Of a stretch of DNA of 64,000 nt, positions 11,601 through 21,770 are shown piece by piece (positions within the stretch are counted from its first letter, which is position 1; each line of letters starts with the position of its first letter). Origin of the DNA: an uncultured Chloroflexia bacterium (GTDB taxonomy: Bacteria > Chloroflexota > Anaerolineae > Anaerolineales > UBA4823); the NCBI GenBank assembly GCA_963744375.1, contig CAVUTH010000004.1, positions 483 to 64,482 on the forward strand, in the 5' to 3' direction. The notes beneath the pieces were generated by a model. It searched no databases. It saw only the letters and a list, made by a program, of their open reading frames with translations, and had not been told where the DNA came from. The position numbers were made by a program, and so were the translations under genes.

Positions 11601-11984
11601 CGCGTCGGCGATTGCCGCCTGCAGTAGGGGATGGTTTGGATCTGACTGATCAGCGGTAAATGCCAGGACAGCCTGCGGTCCGGCCTCCCGGGCGCGGTCC
11701 AGAGACAGCTCGAGAGCAACATCCGCAGGTGGCAAATATTCGGGAGTTGAACCTGCCTGGTCGCCGACTGCCTCATTCTGAACGAGAATTTCTGGCGCGG
11801 GCGGTGTTAGCTCTACCTGGTTCGGATCGACCAGAATCCATTCATCACCTTCACTGTTCAAGCGAACAACAGGTGCATCTGGTGATGGGGCTGTCTCATA
11901 TTGGGCTGAAACTGCTGGGGAAGGATTTATGCCGGCAATTAAAAATGCGAGCATCGCAATCAGGGTATATGTCCGGTAGAGCAT
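8646..11984 (-). CDS. Secreted Pmp-like right-handed beta-helix repeat protein (~1,112 aa), intact
   Basis: GGGAGG lies 7 nt upstream of ATG 11984. Signal peptide is MLYRTYTLIAMLAFLIAGINPSPAVSA. The protein has more than 25 rungs with GGAI/GGGI/GGAVY and N-x-(T/S) motifs. The C-terminus reads NPLFIAPGFGENYQLGPSSPAIDAC...DIGAYEG (choice-of-anchor-Q-like ending, from memory of that family). Confidence 0.85.
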   Translation of the reverse strand: MLYRTYTLIAMLAFLIAGINPSPAVSAQYETAPSPDAPVVRLNSEGDEWILVDPNQVELTPPAPEILVQNEAVGDQAGSTPEYLPPADVALELSLDRAREAGPQAVLAFTADQSDPNHPLLQAAIADAQQELAAGSGLPPEAPNAPRVSINSGPCTYDTIQAAVTAATNGSTIRVSTGSYTETLDISGKTIVIEGGYGNGCTTLNAGSLTQVNANNVGGSVVDISSGSVLTLRNLKLTGGTSFGAGMDVLGSSLVTLNNTDVFGNNGSSGAGLYISGSSVLTYTNDSDIYNNISSSNGGGAIVYGTLRGFDSSSDIYSNSAISGGGIAANGGTVQLNNSDVVANTATDMGGGIHAVNSSVTLSNSVFVGETAPCCQSAVSGGGIYASGGQISLVGANNVVMNNTATGNGGGIYLADGATLNVTGSRVGYDSSAGVGNDATLGAGMYVINSTVNFSGQIINNIATNSGGGVYSDNSIIAMTNTTIGGTGANQHNQIGATGLNGAGLYLFNNTRATMDQTTVISNTLSNPNTGYAGGMYVRAGSIITMTNSSIQQHNLPSAFDGRGAGMYLYDGTATLINTQVISNTTKNLGGGLRMFGTSTLNLLSGSSLVNNKAFGGVGGAVAATNTAKILVKDSFVKNNTASSHGGAFYLDSGTLDFEGFWDVRFNSAGGNGGAVAVSGSGDVDFRATNGPGASLLAVNHANGHGGGLHIANTDAVTLHATSGYPIFFNTNSAGGNGGGAYSNSGAFFDVYGDVQASSNSAAGNGGVFFLGGGSRLWLDDYFNTPIRIQTNTADNGGAIYASNSPRVECDGSEFGSSNIGNTATQGSGGAIYLSGSTFTASNCLFRNNQAQAGNGGAIAAYTSTVTIEAQYPTPANAWSEPAVRAAASETEAPQATACDPLTRQCSSFYSNTATPTVSNGYGGAIFSSGSSLNINKTFLHRNQAQRGGAIYQGGAGATGVISTTLVYSNTSLTGFGAGIRVDAGSMKISDSTLANNVGGAGYSPGAVLSYLYNTIIWGNSSAAFGALTAAVCNIDQGGTAGPATNPLFIAPGFGENYQLGPSSPAIDACNSGLPVDLNNFSRPKGSKYDIGAYEGLRYLFLPLISALAHKV

Positions 11985-12200
11985 TGTAAGACCTCCCATT
12001 TGTGTTATTTATCCATCCGCCCTGACCATTGTGCACCTTGATCGCGCTGGCTCATGTAGCATGGGCGACGAGTTGCTTGTTCAAACAAGCGTAATATTGT
12101 CTAGTTTACCATAATAACAGCACCGGCATCATCCCTTCAAGCCATTGCTTGCCTGTGGCTGCGGATTTGGGGAAGGAAATCACCGTGTTACAATAATGCT

Positions 12201-12617
12201 ATGGCTGAAAAACCGATTTATATTACCGAGTTCGATCTTGTACGACTAAAGGCCCTCCTTCAGGAAGCCCATTATTCCAGTTATCGGAATAGTGAATACC
12301 TGGATAATCTCCTGCATGAAATCAACCGAGCCATCGTGGTTGCACCGCAGGATATCCCCGGCGATGTAGTCACAATGAACTCCACCGTCAGCTTAGAGGA
12401 CCTGGACACCAGGGAAGATGAATTATTCACCCTGGTATTTCCGGAAAATGCCGATCTGAGCCAGGGAAAACTCTCGGTATTCGCTCCCATCGGGACCGCA
12501 TTGTTAGGGTATAAAGTTGGGGATATTTTCGAATGGGAGGTCCCCGACGGGAAAAGGCGCCTGCTGGTTAAGAAGATACTTTACCAGCCTGAAGCTTCCG
12601 GAGATTACGACCTTTAA
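12201..12617 (+). CDS. rnk: Regulator of nucleoside diphosphate kinase (GreA/GreB-family, Rnk)
   Basis: This 138-aa protein has a C-terminal half (DVVTMNSTVSLEDL...LSVFAPIGTALLGYKVGDIFEWEVPDG...YQPEASGDYDL) that aligns closely with E. coli Rnk as I recall it. Confidence 0.85.
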   Translation: MAEKPIYITEFDLVRLKALLQEAHYSSYRNSEYLDNLLHEINRAIVVAPQDIPGDVVTMNSTVSLEDLDTREDELFTLVFPENADLSQGKLSVFAPIGTALLGYKVGDIFEWEVPDGKRRLLVKKILYQPEASGDYDL

Positions 12618-12710
12618 TGGGATGACTTCTGCCCGGAAGTGGTCACCCCAAGTGAGTTATGCGTGCTAGCCCCTCCTGATGAAAATTCATAACTGTTCGA
12701 TCTACCCAAA

Positions 12711-14121
<1,411 letters not shown>

Positions 14122-14151
14122 GATCATTCTATTCAACTCCCTGGCATCAGT

Positions 14152-14763
14152 ATGGTAAACCCTATGAATAAGAAATTCATCCGCATCATTATCGGCATGT
14201 TGGTCTTGATATCGATCGCTCTGGCGGCCTGTTCTGAGGTGCGCTCAGATACAGGCGTGGATCCCACAGCGTCCAACCGATCGACGACGGAGGCTGTGGA
14301 AACTGAGACGATACAGACCTTCTCTGACCCGTTTGCATACTGCGCCAGTGTTGGCAGGATCGACGAACCCGATGGACGTTATACTGGCCCAAAGATCAGT
14401 GATGAGATCATTCGAGGATATTTGAAAGCAGCAGGTCTGGATGCCAACAGCAGCTATCCGGAAGAATTTAAGGCGATGACAATCTGGCGTTGCATGGACA
14501 AAAAGATCTACGCCTGCAATTTTGGTGCAAACCTCCCATGCGACTCCAAAGCCGACACCAATCGCATCCCCACTCAGGCGATGGCTGATTTCTGCAAAGA
14601 ATTTCCGGGTTCCGATTTTATCCCGATGAGTGTGACCGGCCACGCGACGGTTTATAGCTGGCATTGCGTGAAAGATGCGCCTGAGCTGCTAGATCAAATT
14701 GCCCAGGTCGATGCAGCCGGATATCTATCCAATATCTGGTATGCCATCGAACCTGTTCCATAA
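14152..14763 (+). CDS. Cys-rich putative lipoprotein, unknown function
   Basis: Signal peptide with lipobox (LISIALAAC). The mature part contains seven Cys residues. I recognise no family. Confidence 0.6.
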   Translation: MVNPMNKKFIRIIIGMLVLISIALAACSEVRSDTGVDPTASNRSTTEAVETETIQTFSDPFAYCASVGRIDEPDGRYTGPKISDEIIRGYLKAAGLDANSSYPEEFKAMTIWRCMDKKIYACNFGANLPCDSKADTNRIPTQAMADFCKEFPGSDFIPMSVTGHATVYSWHCVKDAPELLDQIAQVDAAGYLSNIWYAIEPVP

Positions 14764-14784
14764 CATGAACTAATAGTTCTCGAT

Positions 14785-14820
14785 AAAAAGAACCCGCCTC
14801 TTGCGAAGCGGGTTCTTGCC
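14785..14820. terminator. Hairpin between convergent genes (probable terminator, best for the minus-strand GH6 gene)
   Basis: An 8-bp stem gaacccgc (14790-14797) / gcgggttc (14808-14815). The minus strand reads a T5 run after it (plus-strand aaaaa 14785-14789). Confidence 0.6.
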
Positions 14821-14848
14821 GTTAGACCTTCAGGGAAGGCTGTTTAAG

Positions 14849-16150
14849 TTATGGCAGAGGCGGGTTGGCGTTGTAAACCAGATCAAGCGCCATCTCGGGG
14901 AACCACTGCCCTGCAGCCGGATCGACGCGCCCCCACTCGGGGTCGATCGTCGTTCCCGCCGGCCCGAGACCACGGGTGCACTCGCCGTCTGATTCTCCGG
15001 GGAGCTTTAGCCACAGGTAGGCATCCAGCAACGCAAGGCCTGTATTGGCCGTTGGTAGCACACCCAGGCCGCGTCCGGGTGGATTGCACCAGTCCTGGGG
15101 ATCCGGATAGCTCACTGCCGGGGTCCAGGGGCCCTGCCCGTTGCGGCTGGTATCGATTACAAAATGCTCGAGGAGCGATTCTGAGTACCACCACGTTTGG
15201 CTCTCAACGTTGTCCGTGTACCACTGGTCGGTGTAAACCCAGGTGCTGAAGTCGTTCGGGTCTACCGGGCCGTAGGGTGAGGAGTACTGGCTGGCGCACC
15301 ACTCGGAGTGGCCCATGCCCCAGGAGGCCGGGTTCGATGCAAAGGCAATGCACTTTGCTACCCAGGTGCCATACTTCTCCAGGTGTTGATTCAGGCGGTA
15401 GTTGGACACGTTCATGAAGAAGCCATCCGCATTAGCAACTCCTGCCTGGATCAGCCGGTCGGCTGAATCGCCGGCGCCCAGCCATCCGCTGTGGGTGCCG
15501 TCCAGGTAGACGCGGGTGCCCGGGTTTTCCTTGAGTTTATCGACGGCATAATTCAGCATCGCAAAGCGGTCTGCTGCCGCTGTTGCCGGATCGGCTTCGG
15601 CAGGCTGGCACCACTCATAGTTCGGGTTGGTCACCCAGGTATCACGGTTTGCAAACGGGTTGTACCATGGGATGATCCCCAGGCCATCAGGTTCAAGGAT
15701 TACGATTGCCTGGGCACTCCCGATACCGGCCGCAAAGCCATCGATCCAGGCCTGGTACTCTGCCATGCTGGTGGCGCCGCCGGCGCTGTACTGTGCGCAA
15801 TCGCGGAACGGAATGTTATATACAACCAGGACAGGGACGGTGCCCTTGTCCGCGGCGCGCTGGGCCGTGTTCCGCACATCCTGCATCACGGTTTTGGGAG
15901 TGCCTTTGGTAAACCAGACCGCCTGGGGAGTCTGGATCATCTGCTTGATTAGCCTGGCATCTGATTTTTCGCCGCTGGAGGTGAGATCAGCGATCTGCAT
16001 GATGGCGCCGTGGTTCGCTTTGGGAACATAAAATTCGGTGGCTGGGTCCAGGCTTGTCTGTGCTTGAGCCGTTGCAAGCGCAGGCGCAGACGTAATCAGC
16101 GCTGCCATCAAGGACACGATGACGAAAAGGAAGACTATTTTCTTGATCAT
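14849..16150 (-). CDS. Glycoside hydrolase family 6 (endoglucanase/cellobiohydrolase), secreted, catalytic domain only
   Basis: GGAG lies upstream of ATG 16150. Signal peptide is MIKKIVFLFVIVSLMAALITSAPALA. GH6-type motifs are VVYNIPFRDCAQYSAGG and IVILEPDGLG. The longer track ORF (to 16264) has no RBS. Confidence 0.85.
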   Translation of the reverse strand: MIKKIVFLFVIVSLMAALITSAPALATAQAQTSLDPATEFYVPKANHGAIMQIADLTSSGEKSDARLIKQMIQTPQAVWFTKGTPKTVMQDVRNTAQRAADKGTVPVLVVYNIPFRDCAQYSAGGATSMAEYQAWIDGFAAGIGSAQAIVILEPDGLGIIPWYNPFANRDTWVTNPNYEWCQPAEADPATAAADRFAMLNYAVDKLKENPGTRVYLDGTHSGWLGAGDSADRLIQAGVANADGFFMNVSNYRLNQHLEKYGTWVAKCIAFASNPASWGMGHSEWCASQYSSPYGPVDPNDFSTWVYTDQWYTDNVESQTWWYSESLLEHFVIDTSRNGQGPWTPAVSYPDPQDWCNPPGRGLGVLPTANTGLALLDAYLWLKLPGESDGECTRGLGPAGTTIDPEWGRVDPAAGQWFPEMALDLVYNANPPLP

Positions 16151-16446
16151 GTTTTCTCCTTTGTGATTTGGTTTTTCGAAACCGCCTTCAGGCCTTCTTG
16201 GATGACCTGTCAAACGATGACTTGCGCCAGGTGAATCGGAATCGCAATGGTTTAATGGCAGCAATCAATCGCTATATTGATATTACCATAATCCCTAACG
16301 TATGGCTTTGAAAGCGAGTGCTGAGGGGGTCTGGCAGCCGACGATCTACTCCTTCGTTATGTTCCTGATTCAAGACTGGTCGGTTTGACGCCGGGTATCG
16401 TGTTGTTATCTCGTTCATTAGGAAAGGACATAAAAGCATTTAAACT

Positions 16447-16941
16447 TTATGGTTTATACAAGAAGCTCTCAACATCCTCAATAAATTTCAGAGTCTCTCT
16501 CTCGATTTGTTTTGTTAGTGTAGCTAAATCACTAAAATCCGGATTGTCAACTAAAACATGTTCTACAATGGCATCAACACCTTGCGTTGTTGAGACAATG
16601 TGGTATTTATCCCAATTGCTTTCCTTAAACAATTTCCAATATTTTGTTTGAGCCTGCTTGTTATATCCTGCTAACCAGGCTTCAAATCTAAATGGTTCAT
16701 GTAGAAAAACTACTGCAATTTTCAACCCCCGATCTTTTAATGATTTTGGAAAGAAGGAAAAATAGGTCATATCCATATACCCATAATAAATGCTGCCGGA
16801 TACGAAATAATCTGGGTATTTTTTATTAAAATACGTTCTCAATTCCATGATGTATTCCATCAATCCTTTATATGCCTTTTTAACCGCTCCTTTCTCGAGT
16901 TGTTTCCGGTACTCATCGATATATTCGTGAAATGATTCCAT
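16447..16941 (-). CDS. Hypothetical protein (~164 aa) encoded in a low-GC islet
   Basis: Clean ORF with GAGGGA 8 nt upstream of the second ATG (MESFHEYIDEY...). It is Lys/Tyr/Phe-rich, unlike its neighbours. I cannot confidently name a family. Confidence 0.6.
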   Translation of the reverse strand: MESFHEYIDEYRKQLEKGAVKKAYKGLMEYIMELRTYFNKKYPDYFVSGSIYYGYMDMTYFSFFPKSLKDRGLKIAVVFLHEPFRFEAWLAGYNKQAQTKYWKLFKESNWDKYHIVSTTQGVDAIVEHVLVDNPDFSDLATLTKQIERETLKFIEDVESFLYKP

Positions 16942-16970
16942 AATCAATTCCCTCATTCTTCTGGTGATCT

Positions 16971-17270
16971 TTAGATCAAATGCAACCGGGTCTGTGCAAC
17001 TACCACAGGACTGTGGAATATTCGGCCAAATTCAGTCCTAAAAAACATTATACTCAATATCATTAAAATTGAGGCAGGCAGGCATAATATGACCGATATG
17101 GTAGAATAAATATGATCGTACGCTGCTCTGGTAATAGAGAGACCAACATTTTCGCCAGGCAGACTCCACCATGTTGTATTCGGCAAACACAGAAAATGAC
17201 CGACCACAACGCAAAAGACCCAACAGCAGAGAAAAAGGAGAATTACGATGATCAAGACTAAATCCATTGG
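16971..17270 (-). CDS. Possible small two-TM membrane protein (weak call)
   Basis: ORF 16971..17315 has two hydrophobic stretches (LVLIIVILLFLCCWVFCVVV, ISVILCLPASILMILSIMFF) and low GC like the gene downstream. It overlaps the 5' end of the plus-strand gene at 17248 and has no clear RBS. Confidence 0.25.
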   Translation of the reverse strand, partial: PMDLVLIIVILLFLCCWVFCVVVGHFLCLPNTTWWSLPGENVGLSITRAAYDHIYSTISVILCLPASILMILSIMFFRTEFGRIFHSPVVVAQTRLHLI

Positions 17271-19089
17271 CTTAAAGCTTCTGGTGGTAGCACTGGCTGC
17301 GCTCATGGTCAGCACAACGGTGTTGGCCGGCCCGCCCGGTGAATCAGTTCAGCCGGACTTTGGTCCGAACGTGTTCGTCTTCGACCCCGGCATGCCGCTG
17401 AGTCAAATCCAGGCTCAGGTCGACCTGATCAAAAATCAGATGGTCGACAACGAGATGGGCTCGCAGCGCTATGCACTGCTGTTCAAACCCGGCACCTACG
17501 GCAGTGTCGCCACCCCGCTCATCATCCAGGTGGGCTATTACACAGAGGTAGCCGGCCTGGGCGCTTCGCCTACCGATGTGATCATCAATGGCCACGTCGA
17601 CGTCTACAACCGCTGCCTGGCTCCCGACAACTGCATCGCCCTTAACAACTTCTGGCGCTCGCTTTCGAACCTGACGATTAATGTCACGGGGACGGGGCTG
17701 GATGGATGCCGAGCTTCGGGCAACTTCTGGGCTGTTTCGCAGGCAGCCCCAATGCGGCGGGTCAATATCACCGGTGGCAACCTGACCCTGATGGACTACT
17801 GCACTGCCGGTCCGCAGTACGCCAGCGGCGGTTACATCGCCGACTCCCAGACCGGCTTCATCATCAATGGGTCGCAGCAGCAGTTCCTGGTCCGCGACAG
17901 CAGCATCGGCGGCTGGTCGAACGGCGTGTGGAACCAGGTCTTCTCGGGTGTGGTGGGCGCCCCGCCGAACTCGTTCGGCCCCACCCCCTATGATCCCCCG
18001 CCGTACACTACATTGGACACCAGCCCGCTGACCCGGGAAAAGCCGTTCTTGTACGTCGACGCAGTGGGTGACTACTTCGTCTTCGTGCCGGCTCTGCGCA
18101 CCAATTCGTCGGGCACTACCTGGGCCGGTGGCCCGGCGGCGGGTACTTCCATTCCGATTGGGCAGTTCTTTGTCGCCAAACCGTCGGACAGCGTGCAGTC
18201 GATCAATAATGCGCTCGCCCAGGGCAAACACCTGCTCTTAACCCCCGGCGTATACCACCTGGATCGAACGGTCGCGGTCAAGCGCCCCGACACGGTGGTG
18301 CTCGGACTGGGCCTGGCCACGCTGGTTCCGGATAACGGCATTGTGGCGATGACGGTCGCCAACGTGCCGGGCGTCAAGCTCGCCGGTTTTATGATTGACG
18401 CTGGCCCGGTCAACTCACCGGTACTGCTAGAGGTTGGCAAGCAGATGCCTGCCAGCAGTCAGGCTCGCAAAAACAACAACTGGAGCGACCCTGCCAACCC
18501 GACTTCGTTGCAGGACGTTTTCTTCCGCATCGGCGGCCCAGCGATGGGCAAAGCTACGACCAGCCTGGTTGTGAACAGCGACAATGTCTTGCTGGACCAC
18601 ATCTGGGCCTGGCGCGCCGACCACGGCAACGGCGTCGGCTGGGATATCAACACCGCCGACACCGGCGTGATCGTTAACGGCGACCACGTCACCGCCTATG
18701 GCCTGTTTGTCGAGCACTACCAGAAATACGAGCTCATCTGGAACGGGGAGAACGGCAAGACCATCTTCTTCCAGAATGAGATGCCCTACGACCCGCCAAC
18801 CCAGGCGGCCTGGAGAGACGGCGCCGTACTGGGTTACGCTGCATACAAAGTGGCCGACCATGTAATGACGCATGAGGCCTGGGGCATGGGCAGCTACTGC
18901 TACTTCAACGTCGGCCCGGATATCCATGCCACGCGCGCCTTTGAAGTCCCGGTTACGCCTGGGGTCAAGCTGCACAGTCTCCTGACCGTCTTTCTCAATG
19001 CGTACGGCGGCATCGACCACGTGGTCAACGACACCGGCGCGGCGGTGAACTCGACCAACCAGGTGACGAACATCGTCAGCTTCCCGTGA
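17248..19089 (+). CDS. Secreted pectate-lyase-fold (right-handed beta-helix) protein, probable glycoside hydrolase (family not resolved)
   Basis: AGGAG lies upstream of the ATG. Signal peptide is MIKTKSIGLKLLVVALAALMVSTTVLA. The N-terminal region (RYALLFKPGTYGS...VGYYTEVAGLGASPTDVIINGHV...NFWRSLSNLTINV) resembles secreted beta-helix hydrolases that I recall from actinomycetes. The gene lies next to the GH6 gene and a sugar-type regulator. Confidence 0.55.
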   Translation: MIKTKSIGLKLLVVALAALMVSTTVLAGPPGESVQPDFGPNVFVFDPGMPLSQIQAQVDLIKNQMVDNEMGSQRYALLFKPGTYGSVATPLIIQVGYYTEVAGLGASPTDVIINGHVDVYNRCLAPDNCIALNNFWRSLSNLTINVTGTGLDGCRASGNFWAVSQAAPMRRVNITGGNLTLMDYCTAGPQYASGGYIADSQTGFIINGSQQQFLVRDSSIGGWSNGVWNQVFSGVVGAPPNSFGPTPYDPPPYTTLDTSPLTREKPFLYVDAVGDYFVFVPALRTNSSGTTWAGGPAAGTSIPIGQFFVAKPSDSVQSINNALAQGKHLLLTPGVYHLDRTVAVKRPDTVVLGLGLATLVPDNGIVAMTVANVPGVKLAGFMIDAGPVNSPVLLEVGKQMPASSQARKNNNWSDPANPTSLQDVFFRIGGPAMGKATTSLVVNSDNVLLDHIWAWRADHGNGVGWDINTADTGVIVNGDHVTAYGLFVEHYQKYELIWNGENGKTIFFQNEMPYDPPTQAAWRDGAVLGYAAYKVADHVMTHEAWGMGSYCYFNVGPDIHATRAFEVPVTPGVKLHSLLTVFLNAYGGIDHVVNDTGAAVNSTNQVTNIVSFP

Positions 19090-19125
19090 GCTGAGGTTTC
19101 GTCTATCTAACCACCCGAATGTAAG

Positions 19126-19170
19126 CGCCGGCGGGTCAGGGATTTTCCCCGACCCGCCGGCGTTCGTTTA
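19126..19170 (+). terminator. Rho-independent terminator after 17248..19089
   Basis: A 12-bp GC-rich stem cgccggcgggtc (19126-19137) / gacccgccggcg (19151-19162) is followed by ttcgttta. Confidence 0.65.
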
Positions 19171-19199
19171 TATGGGGTTACAGGCCGCGAGCAGATTAT

Positions 19200-20324
19200 T
19201 TACGCACCACACCCGCAGCTCTGCCGGATGACCAGTTCAACCGGCAGCGTGACCTGGGGCTCCTGGATGTGCTCGCCGTTCATTAATGCCAGCAGCATGC
19301 CGGCCGCATGCTCGCCCAGGCGGTGGGCAGGCAGTGCGACGGTGGTCAGCGGCGGGTTGACCAGCCCGGCGAAGGGGATGTCGTCCAGGCTGGCCAGCGC
19401 CACCTGCTGCGGCACCTGCCAGCGGTCTGCTTTAAGGGCGCGCAGGGCGCCCAGGGCCAGGGTATCAGAAATGGTGAAAATGGCGGTTGGCGGCTCCGGC
19501 AGCTCCATCAGCTGCCGGGCGCCGCGCTCACCGGAGGGCATCAGGAAGTCTGGCTGAGGGGCGATCAGCGACTTGTCGGGCGGCAGGCCGGCTTCCTGGA
19601 GGGCGCGAAAGTAACCGGCATGCATGGCCGCAACATTGGCGTTGTCCCGCTGGAAGGTGATCAGCCCGATACGTTGGTGAGCGTGCTCTAGTAGATGGCG
19701 AACAGCCTGATAGGTTGCTCCCTCCAGGTCAAAGTTGACCACCGGCCCCCGGCAGCCGGGCCAATCCACCCAGACGACCGGCAGGTCGGGGGAGAGCTCG
19801 CCTGCCAGCAGGACATCGGGATCGAAGGAAGCGACGATGATGCCATCCACCTGGCGGGCGGAGAGCTGGGCAAAGTAACGCATAAATATCTGCGGGTCCT
19901 CATGGGCATCACACACGAAGAGCAGCGTCTGGTCGCGCTGGATGCCCTGCTCCACGCCTTGCAAAAAGTTGTGATAGAAAGGGTTGGACAGGCCGGGCAA
20001 GATGACCCCGATGGTGCCGCTGCGGCTGCGTCCGGCCAGCTCCACCAACCGTTGGAGATCGAGCTGCAGCACACGTGTACCGGAGCCCTGGCGGGTGCGC
20101 ACCAGGCCATCCGCTTCCAGGCGCTGGTAGGCGCTGCGCACTGTGTGCAGGTTGATCGAAAGACGCTGTGCCAGATCGCGTACAGAAGGCAGGCGGTCGC
20201 CGGGTTTGAGCTGGCCGGCGGCTATCTGCCAGGTGAACTGGCGGCGTAGCTGCTCGACCAGGGGCTCTGCGGAATCCGGGTCGATGGAAATGACAGGGGC
20301 TGTGGGAGTAAATTGCTCTTCCAT
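19200..20324 (-). CDS. Transcriptional regulator: GntR-type winged-HTH fused to a LacI/PBP1-type sugar-binding domain
   Basis: The N-terminus LPSVRDLAQRLSINLHTVRSAYQRLEADGLVRTRQGSGTRV is a GntR-type HTH. It is followed by IGVILPGLSNPFYHNFLQGVEQ... and the typical LacI-family ligand-domain layout. Confidence 0.8.
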   Translation of the reverse strand: MEEQFTPTAPVISIDPDSAEPLVEQLRRQFTWQIAAGQLKPGDRLPSVRDLAQRLSINLHTVRSAYQRLEADGLVRTRQGSGTRVLQLDLQRLVELAGRSRSGTIGVILPGLSNPFYHNFLQGVEQGIQRDQTLLFVCDAHEDPQIFMRYFAQLSARQVDGIIVASFDPDVLLAGELSPDLPVVWVDWPGCRGPVVNFDLEGATYQAVRHLLEHAHQRIGLITFQRDNANVAAMHAGYFRALQEAGLPPDKSLIAPQPDFLMPSGERGARQLMELPEPPTAIFTISDTLALGALRALKADRWQVPQQVALASLDDIPFAGLVNPPLTTVALPAHRLGEHAAGMLLALMNGEHIQEPQVTLPVELVIRQSCGCGA

Positions 20325-20340
20325 AAAAAACCGAATTATG

Positions 20341-20371
20341 CTATACTGTTATAGTAGATTATAACACTATT
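20341..20371. promoter_or_regulatory. AT-rich divergent promoter region with two overlapping short inverted repeats (candidate operator)
   Basis: The inverted repeats are ctata(20341-45)-ctgt-tatag(20350-54) and atagt(20351-55)-N10-actat(20366-70). They sit between the regulator start (20324, minus) and the hydrolase start (20402, plus). Confidence 0.3.
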
Positions 20372-20401
20372 GGGTGCAGGTCCTTTTTCCAGGAGGGAGC
20401 G

Positions 20402-21640
20402 ATGGATAAGCACAACCAATTCTCCATTATATCCGCACTGCTGTGCCTTGGGCTGCTGCTGGCAGGCTGCGCCTCAGCCGCTGAGACAGCATCCCCACCG
20501 CCGCCAATCCAACCCACAACGACCAATCCGCCAACCGCTTTGCCTGCCGCTACCCAAACAGCTACGACCGAACCTTCACCTACCGCGCCTCCTGCAGCAA
20601 CTGCCACCCTCTCGGAAGCCGAGCTGTCCGCCCTGTTTCCACTGTCGGAACCCGGGCCGTATTACGCCGGGTCCAGGTCGGTCAGGCTAGTGGATGAAGG
20701 CCGGGGAAACCGGGAGATCGAAGTGGTTTTCTGGTACCCGGCCCTGGAAGAAAAAGATGCCAACGGGCGTGTGATCCGGCGCGATGCGGCTCCGGATATG
20801 AGCGGAGCTCCATACCCGGTTGTCCTGACCGAGAACAGTACGGGCGGCTTTATGCTCCACGACCACCTCGCATCTCACGGTATCGTGATGGTTCAAATCA
20901 CTATTCCTGACCATGACGATTATTTCAACTGGGATAAAAACATGATTGATTGGCCGCGTGATTTTGTGTTTGCTCTGGATCAGATCGCCGCCAATCCACC
21001 GGAAGGATTGGAAGGGGTGATGGATACCGATAACGTTGGCGCGACTGGATACTCGTATGGCGGCGATATCGCCCTGACCCTCAGTGGGGTGCGCATCGAT
21101 CCCGAGTATTTCCTGAATCACTGTAAAAATCCACCGGTCGTTGATACAGCATATGGAGGCGCTGAGTTTTATACAGAATGGACCTGCAACCTGTCGAAAA
21201 AATGGGATGAGTTTGCTGCCTTTGCCGGGGAGGAGATCACCACCAGCGAGGATGGGCTTTGGCAGCCGGTGACCGACGAGCGCATCCGTGCCGTGATGCC
21301 CATGGCGGCGGCAGGGACCTGGCTGTACGGCGAACGGGGCCTGGCAGCCGCCGACCGCCCTGCGCTGCTGATCGCGGCGACGGAGGATGAGTTTATTCCT
21401 TACTCCCTGGAAACAGCATTTATTTTCGAGCACCTGGGAGCCCCCGTAAAGTCGTTAATTTCCTTTATCGGGATAGACCATATGCGGGCGGTCGACCCTG
21501 ACCAGGCCAAACGGATCAAGCATTTCATGACGGCCTTCTTTGGCTATCAACTGCAGGGGCGTGAGGATTATCTGGAGTATTTCTCGCAGGATTTTGTCAA
21601 ACAATTCGAGGATCTGGCCTGGGGAATCTACCAGAAGTAG
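20402..21640 (+). CDS. Lipoprotein alpha/beta-hydrolase (esterase/lipase-like) with Pro/Thr-rich linker
   Basis: GGAGGGAG lies upstream of the ATG. Lipobox is LLLAGCASA and the linker is PPPPIQPTTTNPPTALPAATQTATTEPSPTAPP. The GxSxG nucleophile elbow is ATGYSYGGD. Confidence 0.75.
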   Translation: MDKHNQFSIISALLCLGLLLAGCASAAETASPPPPIQPTTTNPPTALPAATQTATTEPSPTAPPAATATLSEAELSALFPLSEPGPYYAGSRSVRLVDEGRGNREIEVVFWYPALEEKDANGRVIRRDAAPDMSGAPYPVVLTENSTGGFMLHDHLASHGIVMVQITIPDHDDYFNWDKNMIDWPRDFVFALDQIAANPPEGLEGVMDTDNVGATGYSYGGDIALTLSGVRIDPEYFLNHCKNPPVVDTAYGGAEFYTEWTCNLSKKWDEFAAFAGEEITTSEDGLWQPVTDERIRAVMPMAAAGTWLYGERGLAAADRPALLIAATEDEFIPYSLETAFIFEHLGAPVKSLISFIGIDHMRAVDPDQAKRIKHFMTAFFGYQLQGREDYLEYFSQDFVKQFEDLAWGIYQK

Positions 21641-21770
21641 AGTCGCAATCAGTAACTACCGGAGTCGGGAGTAGAAAATCAATTCAACCGGAGAGGTGTG
21701 AGGCTATGCACAGGTCCTGGCCAGACCAAACAGGTAATCACCCTGGTAGCAAAAATTTAAGGAGTCTCCG

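Noticed and set aside
14849-16264. The longer N-terminal extensions proposed by the ORF track for GH6 (to 16264), DoxX (to 22926), lyxose isomerase (to 33640), SRPBCC (from 33531), HAD (from 34234), Trx (from 51925), C39-TPR (to 59073) and HepT (from 25646).
   Set aside because: In most cases an internal ATG preceded by a GGAG-type RBS coincides with the family-typical N-terminus or signal peptide. For HAD and HepT the start simply overlaps the upstream stop or gene. The extensions are compositionally odd or overlap neighbouring genes.
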